Positions 1 through 10,625 of a stretch of DNA of 64,000 nt are shown one piece after another. The notes below the pieces were generated by a model. The model had not been told where the DNA came from and searched no databases. It worked only from the letters and a program-made list of their open reading frames with translations. The DNA is taken from the NCBI GenBank assembly GCA_030704615.1, contig CM060732.1, positions 74,834,001 to 74,898,000 of the forward strand. The letters run 5' to 3'. The translations under genes and the position numbers were made by a program. This stretch comes from Takakia lepidozioides (Eukaryota; Plantae; Bryophyta). Position 1 is the first letter of the stretch; each line of letters begins with the position of its first letter.

Positions 1-63
1 CAGTCATATAGTGTTGCATTGCATTTTCTCTATTTCAGGTTGAGCAGATTAGGGAAGTGGAAT

Positions 64-534
64 GGCGGTACCGCCAATCACTTTTTTTGAGACCATACTG
101 TAGATTCACGTAGAGTATCGATTGCGAAGTACATTCCAGACAGACAAGAAATAGTGATTGTTTGTGAAGATAAGATCATCAAAATGGAGTCTCTCTGACT
201 TATCTGCACTCACTTTCTGCCCTAAACTAGAGTGAGTGTCGGTGCCGCCAATCACTGAGACATATATTTCATTACACCAAACCGATCCAGTAGGTCCTTC
301 AAATGTAATGTTTTTCGATTGTCGTTAACGCCGTTCGCTAATGCTCAGATCCTCTCTGTACCTGTTTGCCCAGAAACATAGTGATTGTCAGTACTGACCA
401 TCACTATGTAGTCACACTGTTTTGGTTTGCATTCGTCTGGATCAGCTTTGTTTGTGTAGATGGTTGTGAATGTCGGTGCCGCCATTCACTGTTATTTGAG
501 ACGAGACAGACTGATGGTCGGTACCGACATTCAC
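64..534. repeat. Four dispersed copies of a near-palindromic motif G(G/T)CGGT(A/G)CCG(C/A)CA(A/T)TCACT; subterminal-repeat-like
   Basis: Copies near 64, 238, 472 and 517, upstream of the ParB-like ORF. Confidence 0.6.
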
Positions 535-572
535 TATTTGCACATAACTCACTGTTTGATTGACATGGCGTC

Positions 573-1652
573 ATGCAGAAAACTGTGAAGTCGAAGCAGA
601 CAGGAACAGAGGCAAAAGGTTCTGGAGATGGGGACGAGTTTGCCAAGAGCTCCGAGAATAGCGATGAAGCAGATGAACGTGAAGTGCACTACCTTGACAA
701 GGTGAAAGAACTTATGTCATTCCAGAAGGTAAACTCTCAGGAGGTTATTAGGGACATGCTCGTCTCTGGAGGGCGTCTGGACATCCCACTATGCCGGATG
801 ATATCTATGCCTGTTGTGCGTCCTCCTCTTTCCCATGACATTACAAAATTGGAAACTGATTTCGTGCATGGATATAGACTTGGTGCACAAGTTTTTTATG
901 TGTCACTGACGGATACAAATGGAAAAAACACATTAGTGTCTCCTGAGATCACAGATATTTGGGATGAGTGCTGGAAGGATGTTAATGAGGAGTTCGAGCT
1001 GGGCCTCATGATGGGAAGAAACACCCAACAATTCTGCAACCACATGTTCTACGTCTGGGACAGCAACCACCGATTGCTGGCATGGATGGGATACATTCAG
1101 AAACATCATGCGAAAGACAAAGACAAACATGTTGCTGTAGAGGCAATGGTTTTGGATCCTGGAAACGACATCGCTAGGCTTCTTACAGCTATGCACGACG
1201 TGAACAAGTAAGTCATCATTGAGACTCCATTGCCTCTCCAACGTCTTGTTAATCCCACCAAAAAACGATGTTTCCCAATGCATTGTTTCCAATCTTTTTG
1301 CAGATCGATAGAGAAATCGCATGTGACAACGAGCTTGGTCCACACACTGTTCCGAATTCAGAGGATTGGTCTGATGAAGCTGTATGATTTTCGCACAGTA
1401 CTCCACCCCGATATAATCAAGAAGTGTGAAACATGAAGAGTTGCAGACACTTGGTATTCTTTGACTCGAGAGGATCAAGACAAGGAGAAAAGGTTGTGGT
1501 GGCTGCTTGTACATGTATGCGGTAAGGCTGAGCCTGTACTCAGTTGTCTTTCTGAATACATGTTTGTATTTTGTTTTGTACTCATCCCTATTTTGATCAA
1601 TGTAGCAAGAACTGGCAGAGGCAGCTGAGAAGGGGAAATCCAAATACTACCG
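573..1652 (+). pseudogene. Spliced, TE-associated ORF with a ParB/Sulfiredoxin-like N-terminal domain; truncated
   Basis: Contains FYVWDSNHRLLAW, resembling the ParB/Srx DGxHR motif. GT-AG intron at ~1208-1303. In-frame TGA in exon 2 (1434-1436). The third exon is cut at 1653 by CACTACAA. Confidence 0.55.
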
Positions 1653-1821
1653 CACTACAACAGAGGAACTTACACTACAATACACCCTATGTAATTTCGA
1701 CGATTTAGTTTGATGCTGGCGTCGACTGTTGTCACTTTCGACTGTTCTAACCATTTTGCAGGCAAAATTTATATTAAAATATTCGAAGTGCTAGACAATC
1801 GCGAAAATTTTGACTGTAGTG
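1653..1821 (+). mobile_element. Two stacked CACTA terminal sequences (remnant)
   Basis: CACTACAACAGA at 1653 (same first 12 nt as the CACTA end at 55949) and CACTACAATAC at 1673. No matching partner end with a TSD was found. Confidence 0.45.
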
Positions 1822-2691
1822 AGAGACTTTGACTATCTAAAGTGAGCTGACTGAGACAACCACTTAAGCACGTGTAATCACAATATATAAATTATATAGC
1901 AATATATATATATATGGATAATAAGAAGTAAAAACATTTAACTATTTTTTTACTGACCCATCACATTAATATTAAACTAATCGTGTGCTGGTTAATGTTA
2001 GTGAAACAAAACAACTGAATTATGTGAACGAATGATAAACAAAATGCCTTGCTGGCAGCTATTGGATGAACGTATCAAACATAATTTTGAATGATTCAAA
2101 GGTACCAGGTGCGGAGAAAGAGATAGTGAAGGCCAATGTGGCATCTCATGGAGGCCTGTCTTCAGAGGGGGTCCCTTCAAAGCGGGTTCTGCAAGGCCTT
2201 GGAAAGATTTGTAGTCACACAGAAAAATAGTAGTAAGGGGGTTGAAAAGGTCTTAGACAGATTTGGTCTTGGGCAGAAAGAGGGAATAATGGCTGAATGA
2301 GGAGGGGTGAATGCTCTAGTGGATGAAGATATGGTGGAAGGGATTGAAGAATTCCGGCACACTGGGGAAGATTTGTCCGAGGAGTTCACCCAGGGGAAAG
2401 GGCAGTGGGAAGGGTGTGGAATGCGGAGTTTCTGGGCAGTGCTTCGTAGGGAGAACGGGCCTTGAGGAAAGTGCGTAGAGCTGGGGGGCCAGGTATGTTC
2501 TGCTCGGCCATTGCTAGCTAGCCCTTTCCTCTTCTGGTTGGGTTCAGCTCTCTTGGATATGGGCAATCATATAGGCTTGATTTTGCAGTTCTTTGTTTGT
2601 TTGTTGCACATTGTTGTTCCGCAATCTCCTTTTGCTTTCCGTGTACATTTCGGAGTTCCTTTCTCTGTCCCCCTCTCTCTCTCTGCCCATT

Positions 2692-3139
2692 ATGAAGTTA
2701 GGCAGAAAACTTTCCTGAATTTGTTTCCAGTCTGTGCCATGGGGGAGGACATCATGGATGACCTCAAGGGTCTACCAACACTCAGCACTAGACTGAAATT
2801 TAAACTCGGCAGGAAGCCTACCTTCGAACAGCAAACAGAAGGAAAGGGAGTGCAATTGCCCTATGTGTGGGCAACCTGAAGACAATAGTCATTTTCTGAT
2901 TCATTGTCCGGGGTTCTCTCACCAGAGAGATGCTCTCTTCAAATCTATCAAGGGGATTGTGCCTGTACCTCTGTTTACTAACTTTGAAAGTCTCGAGGCT
3001 GAGCCAAAAGCCCAGGCCCTTTTGGGGCCTAATCATCAGCCCCTGACCAAGGTAGGTTCTGTCCCTTTGTGTTCCGTTCAAACTGGGTGTGGGGTCAATG
3101 GCCACAAGGCTACGGCAAACCAACGTCTTATGAGTACAT
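2692..3139 (+). mobile_element. 5'-truncated non-L1 LINE (RTEX/L2-like family A), 3' end
   Basis: Highly similar to 26179-26747, with an internal deletion. CCHC knuckle remnant. 14-bp TSD TCTCTCTGCCCATT at 2678-2691 and 3140-3153. Confidence 0.88.
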
Positions 3140-5166
3140 TCTCTCTGCCCATTCCAACCTTGTTTGTCTGTGGCAGGTGGATATTAGTGTGGAATATCCA
3201 ATTTGTCCCCCTATTTTCCAGCTTCATTTATTGTGAGGACATGTGATTGATGTGGATTTGCCACCAGCACCAGGTGGTATGCTGGATGTTACTGAAGGTG
3301 CGTTAAACAAGGCAAACACCAGCATTGACCACTGCTTCAATGACCTACATGCCATCGAAGTTGAGGTAACCTTTGATGTGTTGGGTCGATTATGTGGGTA
3401 ATATGAAGATCAAACAGAAGGATCTATTTTGGCTCTTTTGATCAGATTTCCATGTTGATGATGCTCTTTGATCGTCATGTTGATTTAAAGCATGAGCTGG
3501 TAGTGGGATGCAGCCATGCTGTCAGCGAAGGACTCAGTACAGCGGACTTTTCCAGGGAGAAGGTGTGTTGGTTTGCATTGTTAGAGGAAAGGGTCGACGG
3601 AAAATGATTGCCTGGTCTCTTGAAGGTGGTACTACAGTTCTTAGTCTCCTGTTTTTTATCTACAGCTGGGGTTTGTGGACTTTATGTGGTGTCACCACCT
3701 CCTGGACACGGTTACCAGAAGTTTGTAATGCAAGTCTGGTGTATATCGCCCAGCCTCAATCCATCTCCTTACTTTCTTTGATTGGAGGACCACATTGTGG
3801 CCACCAGGGTGCTGGCCACACATTGGTTGCAAACCCATTTGCCTCTTCGAGAACCAGACCATGGGAGATCGCTGTCTGAATACCTTAATTCTGGTGCTCG
3901 GCTTTGCATTCGAGCTCCTTGTGTATCTTATGTTCTTATGTTCAGTTGATGCATCTGATGGGCTTCACCATATGTAGAGATGATGCATTCTATTTTGCCA
4001 ATTTGTGCAACGTTTAACAATGTCACTGATTGGGTCAGGTGGCCTGTATGGAGTGAAATTACTATGATGTCTACATAGGGCTGACGTCTCGGAAATTTCG
4101 AATGAGGTTGAACAGGCAAGGTTGCAGATGCTGCACTCAAGTGGTGTTTTGTGTTTGTGATTTCTTCTTTCTGATCTGTTTTTCATGATTTCAAATTGTT
4201 TTTCAGAGCACTTTTTGGCCATTCTATCCGATCACCTTCGAAATGGTGGTTTGTAGTTTACTTTATGTTTCAAGGGTTCATACTCATGTTAAAATGTTCC
4301 TTGGGATCACCAACAACATAATTAAACCCTCTGATGTTGTTTCGGCAGTGGCCACTTCGTCCACGCCTATTTCTCCCTCCTCCTCCTCCGAAGAACAACA
4401 TATGCTCTCAATGCCCTGTGGTCTGGGTCCCCCTCTCTTTGCTCCCTTCTGAAGCTTGTTCCTCAACAGGAAGAGAAGCGGCTGCCTCTCCTCTGTGCAA
4501 TTGAAACACTGCCCTAAGCTGTCCTCCCCTCAAGGTCTAACAAGTTTCCTACCAATCATTCCATTAAGGGTAGTGCATTCCCTTTCTTCTGCTAGCAGCT
4601 CTCCGTATACCTCAACACCAGGATCACCCATTGGTAGAGACGAGGAATGGACGGCAGCCGTCTAGGGAAGTGCTCTTGAAGGTTTAGGAGAGATCTTGCA
4701 ATTTCAATTGTGAAGTTCATTGTTCATCTTGCCAACACGGCAAGTGATTACATCTCTCTCTATGCCGGATGCCTCCAGCTTGCTCTGCACCTAAAACATC
4801 TCCGCACCTAAAACGTTTTGTGTTTGTGTTATAGTAACGTCGATTGACGGTATGTGAAATCCTTTTGTGGAGGGATGCTACATGTATACGTAACCACGAA
4901 TCCACATGTTATATGGTCCACATGTGCAATGCCCACATGTCCATGTGCTGCAATGCCCACTTGCTATCATGTCCCCTCGCAGTGATTTTTGGACACGTCT
5001 CCTTTACAATCCACATAATTGTCGCTGCCATTTGAATTGTGGACGGCACCATAAGTGAGTGCGAAGGATGTGGCCTGCACTTCCTGGCATTTAGATGTGC
5101 AGAATGGCATTGGATATGTAAAAATCAGGTGTGGAGTATTCTGTCGCTCTTAAGACTAATTCTCAG

Positions 5167-5389
5167 TCAGTAGCTCAGTTGGTAAAGTGCACTGAGTGCC
5201 ACCCAGATGATTTTGGGGTCAAATCCTGCTACTTGAGGGGTGTGGTGCGCTCTTCTCCCCCTTCCCTGCGCAGCATGGGAAAGCCTGCGCGGGCAAGGTT
5301 ATTGTGAAAGAGGTTATTTTCTCCTCTCACTATTAAGGGGCCTGATTGTGAGCTGTCGCTCCCAGGTGTTTCCCTATAAAATAAATAAA
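5167..5389 (+). mobile_element. tRNA-derived SINE
   Basis: A-box TAGCTCAGTTGG at 5171, B-box-like GGGTCAAATCC at ~5216, (AAAT)n tail. Near-perfect TSD TAATTCT(C/T)AG at 5157-5166 and 5390-5399. Confidence 0.75.
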
Positions 5390-5542
5390 TAATTCTTAGG
5401 TCGAATCAGCCACCCAAGGTGTACTCCCGAATCGGCTTGGATGGCCGATTATGCACCCAGGATGGCAGAGTATGCAACTACCCAGGTAATGTTATCAGCC
5501 ATCACCCCATCCCTCATCCCTGAAGCTCACCCTGGTTTGTAT

Positions 5543-5668
5543 CCTCCACGAATATGGGCAATCAATATGGGATAATTCAACCCCAATCAGTTTGCGCCAG
5601 GGTAGCCTCCACGAATATGGGCAATCAATATGGGATAATTCAACCCCAATCAGTTTGCCCCAGGGTAG
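5543..5668. repeat. 63-bp tandem duplication (2 copies, 1 mismatch)
   Basis: 5543-5605 and 5606-5668 compared directly. Confidence 0.9.
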
Positions 5669-6504
5669 CGGCGAGAATACTCCACAACCTGCTTTTTACA
5701 CCGGTGAAGGGGCCGGGTAGGGCCGACTCTGCCCTCTCGCCCAGTGCCACTTACAAGGCAGAATCAGTCCTACCGGCCGTTTTCTAGTGCATACGACTAG
5801 TACATCTAACGGTAGGATCGACAATCTAATCTTGGTTCAATGGGATGGGCGGTTTGTTAACGGAAGAATACAATGAATGTACATGCCAGCCGAAAATTCC
5901 GGTTCTGATGTGAAAATAATAGTGTGCACTCAATTTCAAGCACCAAACCTAGAAAATCGTAACATAGACATGACTTTTTTCATTGAGAGGCTGCAGCCAT
6001 TTGCAATGTCATCATGGTTCGGCGCATGGCCTTTCCAATGTCAGAATACCGCAACATTCTCTGAGAGCATATGTCAATTCAATGTATCTATCCATGTAAT
6101 CTTCATTATATACTTGTTCTTGACATGCACACATGCTGTGCATAGCAACGTCATTCCATGGTCTTGTCCTCCTCACATCAGAGTGTGCACTATTTGTTTC
6201 TTCTGCCTCCTTGCCTCCCACTACAACACACCATGGTTTTCACGATGATCAGAGCTTCACTATAGGCATCACTATTGACATTTCTCACTATATCTGTTAC
6301 TATGTAGTTGAAAAGTGCAACCAGGGCATGTGAGTAGTGACGCATTTCACTACCACTAGCAAATGTTTCACTACATAGTTAGTTCGTCTGACATCCTAAT
6401 TCAAAATATGACATATGTAATTTATAATATATATTATTCATATTTATTTGTCATTAACTAATAGTGAAATGTTTTACTATAACCGCTGACAAAACCAAGA
6501 CAAT

Positions 6505-7156
6505 GGAAGATAATAGGAATAATGTAAGAACTTAATGCACACGTGCAAACACTGACAAGATGGTACGCCGGTTTCTGGCATGTCAAATCTTCCCCACCCT
6601 CTCTTGAGAGTGACATGGAACCAAGGAGTGTCAACTCCAGTTGGGGTTACATTGGGTTACACGACGAGGTGTGTAACTCCACTTGGGGTTACATCGGGTT
6701 ACACGACGAGGTGTGTAACTCCACTCGGGATTACAGAGAATGGAGTAATGGAGTATAACTCCAGTCGGTGTAACCCACACTTGGTCTTGAAATTTGACTA
6801 AGTCCAATTTAGTTAGTTATAAAATGGACTAACCAGAGTTACATGAGAAACCGAGGTTACATAGGGTTACACCGATTGGAGGGTTACACCACCGGGGTTA
6901 CACTACAAGCGCCTCCCAACAAGAATTGAACCCTACACCTCGCCGCCTGCAACCCTATCACCTTACCATCATGCTACCCACCACAGCTTGCAACCCACTT
7001 CGATTTTTAAGTATTCAGTAGTGAAACCGAGGTAAGAGGGGGTGGGGAGGATTTGATAGGGGCCCCGCCAGAGGAGCCCAAGCCGCCGGAATTCGGCGAA
7101 AGTACCGTCAAAATACACGCGTCCATTAAGTTCTTACATTATTCATATTGTCTTCC
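6505..7156. mobile_element. Non-autonomous Mutator (MULE) MITE, 652 bp
   Basis: TIRs GGAAGATAATAGGAATAATGTAAGAACTTAATG and CATTAAGTTCTTACATTATTCATATTGTCTTCC. Perfect 9-bp TSD CAAGACAAT at 6496-6504 and 7157-7165. Internal 42-bp tandem repeats and GGGTTACA motifs. Confidence 0.92.
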
Positions 7157-8296
7157 CAAGACAATGGTATGGTATTTCACTTTCATTATCGAATGTTTGT
7201 CTACTTGATTTCTTTAGGATACGTTGTCATTGACAGCTGTACCTATGAAAAAATATATAACTAGTAGTGGAATATCTTACTATAACCTATGACACAACTA
7301 GGATAAGGCCCCGGCCGCACCTGCCGGTTAGCTAGCAGGCCACTAGCCGCAGCTAGCGCGCCGGCTAGCTAGCAGGTCTGGCAGGAACCTCGACGGCGGC
7401 CGCACCTGGCTACTAACAAACCGTCGCGCGACAGTTTGTTAGCAGGAGCGCAAAAAAAAATAAAAATCGGGTTGCCCGCCCGTCTTCCCGCGGCTATGGT
7501 GGACGGAGCCCGTGGGAGTGCTTGACGACCCAGGCCCTGCCGCGTTCAGACTGCTGTTCCAGTGGAAGGTCAGTTTGAGATACTTGTGCTATCTTTTGTC
7601 AGTGACAAGCGATCACCAACTGCGAAAGGCTGCAGGGAAGAGGGAGCTGTGGTGCTTGGTTCCTGTAGAGTTCACAACGATTTGATGCTAGAAGACAGCA
7701 AAAGGCCTTCCTGAGTCACAAAGGTGAGATTTTTTTCTGGAATTGCTCCATGCAGGTTTCTCCCTGTTTTGACAGGCATGCTTGGCTGGTCGATCCCTTT
7801 TGAAATGTCTTTCAATGTCTGATGATGCTTAAACATCATCAATGCCTCGACCTTTTGGTCTTGAAGAGCCTGTTCAAGTTTATGTGTCCAGTGGAGGGAA
7901 CACAATGATATTGCACAAGCTCCTTCTGGCCCACCAGCTGCTGCACACAAGCCCTTTGCAGAAGAGACTGTTTTACAGACAACTCTGATCTGTCCAAACT
8001 CTACGTTTTATCCATTGCGTTTGTTCAAATAGTTGGAGGGCCTCCCTACCACACCCATGCTGAGCATAGCCTGCAATAATGATACTCCATGAGACTACAT
8101 TTTCATTTACATTTTCATGCTCCATACTGTGGATCAAGCTAAGTTAGTGATGTATGATATCCATCTTGAGATGTGTTCTCAAGCATTGGAATGCTCATAT
8201 CTACAGGGTTCATTGTCAAAGTTGGAGTCATAGAAGATGCCAATCTAAATAATGCCCTAGTAGAGGTGTTGCTGGTTCTTGAGTTCAGACTTCAAT

Positions 8297-9515
8297 ATGA
8301 CAAACGAATTGGCTATTGCCATGGGAGAGATTCTTGTCTTTATACAGTTCATGCTCGATCAGGCTCCAGAGTTGTTTGGGATGAGACGCCCACAAGAGGC
8401 ACGACCGACTCTGCTTCGTCATGATATTGACCTAGCCAAGGAGGACGATCCAGATATGTTACTCCTTGCATGTAGGAGTTTTTTGCAGCGCCAGTTCTGG
8501 ACCATTAGGAACTACAAGCCGAGAGGTGGTGTGTCTTCAGGGATGTGGGTCAAGCACAGATCGAGAGCTTGGTTTGAGGACTTTCTTTTGCAATATGATG
8601 ACGAGAGATGGCTGCAGATTATGAAGATGAGTGCAGGCACATTCGATTGGTTGTGCAATGCCCTTGCACCGGTTATACAGATGCAGGATACTAGGTACCG
8701 GAGGAGCTTACCTATACCGATGAGAGTAGGGGCAGTGCTTTATAAACTACTGTGGGCAGCCACAACAATAGAAATTACCGAGGCTTTTGGAATTGGTTGT
8801 TCAACTCTGTATGAGCTTTTGCGACAAGTGGTCCCTGCCATTATCTCTGTCCTGGGTCACCACCTGCAGTGGCAAGGAGGTGAGACTCTCAAGAAATCGA
8901 TGCTTGAAAACGAGAAGAGATCAAGGATTCCGAATGTTGTTGGTGCAATTGATTGTACATAGATCAGAATCAAGGCCCCCAACAATGACAGCAAATTTGA
9001 TTACAGGAACAGAAATGGTTACTATTCAATGGTTCTACAAGGGGTCGTGGATCCAGATGCAAAGTTTGTAGATATCTATGTTGGAGAGCCCGGCAGTATG
9101 AACGACTCTAGGGTGTTACGGAACTCCCCCCTTTTCTATCCTGCGTCACAGGGCACTCTTTTGCGTGGTGAGAATATCATTCTTGACAATGGACACGAGA
9201 TCCCATCACTCCTTATTGGTGATGCAGTCTACCCTGCCCTCCCCTAGCTCATCCCTAGTTACAAAAGAGCTCCCAATGCTCCAGTCCTCTCTAGAGCCAA
9301 AACCGTCTTCAATCACCAATTGTCAAAGGCAAGAATTTTCTTGGAGATTGCCTTTGGTCGAATGAAAGGTACCTTCAAAGAGGTGGGTTGGAGGAGCAAA
9401 CTCGACATTGATTTCTTGCCCCAGGTTATTCATGCCTGCTGCATCCTATATAATCTTTTGGTTGATTTCAAGGAAGTTGACTTCGAGGGCATCTACAATG
9501 AGATGGATGCCAAGA
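8297..9515 (+). pseudogene. Harbinger DDE nuclease (DDE_Tnp_4/HARBI1-like), inactivated
   Basis: Motifs VVGAIDCT, YSMVLQGVVD, PGSMNDSRV, LIGDAVYP, RIFLEIAFGRMKG and CCILYN. In-frame TAG stops at 8960 and 9245. The 3' end is replaced by LINE RT sequence. Confidence 0.9.
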
Positions 9516-10625
9516 GATCTATGCTCACACCAAAAGTTGTGTCACTGTTAACGGACAGAAGTCCAACTTCTTTGACATAGACCAAGGTGTAGCTCAAGGA
9601 TGTACTCTCTCCCCTCTGCTCTTCAATGTTTTCATCAATCAACTCCTCGAGGATGTGGAAAATGAAGGATTTGGGTTAAGGGTGGGTGATACCACCATGC
9701 CAGCCCTTATGTTTGCGGATGACTTTGCAGGCATAGGGGAGACTCCAACCAATCTCCAGGAGTTGATTGATTGCGCGAAGAGATACTTTGATCTTTGGGG
9801 GCTAGAGGCTAATGTCAGCAAATGTGCAGTGGTAGCATTCAACGACAGAGGAGAGGGAGGAAGTGATCTTAAGTGGCAGTGGGGTAGCCGAGAGATCCCG
9901 GTCATCCAAGATGTCCACCCCCATGTCACTGACTGGAAACAAGTTCAGGGAAGTTCTCTGCCTAACTTCATTTTCATCAGACAATCTCATGGCAACAGAC
10001 ATGGCTTCAGACACTACAGCCTCTAAGTCAGATTTATCCAGCAGGGTCAAGGCTTGCGGATCCAATCATCCGCAAACATAAGGGCTGGTTTCCAGTCAGT
10101 GACATGGGGGAGGACATCTTGGATGACCTCAAGGGTCTACCCACTCTCGGCACTAGACTGAAATTTAAACTCGGGGCAGGAAGCCTACCTTTGAACAACA
10201 AACAGAAGCAGAGAGGAAAGGGAGAGTGCAAGTGCCCGCTGTGTGGGCAATCTAAAGACAGTATTTACTTTCTGATACACTGTCCGGGATTCTCTCACCA
10301 AGGAGACGCTCTCTTCAATTCTATCAAGGGAATTGTGCCTGTACCCCTGTTTACCAACTTTGAAAGTCTCGAGGCTGAGCCAAAAGCCCAGGCCCTCCTG
10401 AGGCCTAGTTTTTGGGCAAATCACACACAGCAGATTGATGCTTGTGTGAAGGGTTTTCTAGAGGATATCTAGAAAACCCGGATTAATTCCTTATATGATG
10501 GTAAGTCTTACTACCAACGTCAGCCCCTGACGGAGGTAGGTTCTGTTCCTTTTGTTCCCACTCAAACTAGGCGCGGGGTCAATGGCCACAAGGCTACGGC
10601 AAACAACGTCTTATGAGTACAATCT
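9516..10625 (+). mobile_element. LINE family A copy with RT fragment, internal deletion and inverted segment
   Basis: RT motifs GVAQGCTLSPLLFNVFI and LMFADDF. 9901-10064 is the reverse complement of 26086-26249. The 3' end matches the other copies (GGCTACGGCAAACAACGTCTTATGAGTACAATC). Confidence 0.88.

Noticed and set aside
5705-5789. Helitron 3' end or CACTA right end (hairpin + CTAGTG)
   Set aside because: Hairpin spacing is atypical and no matching 5' end or TSD was found.
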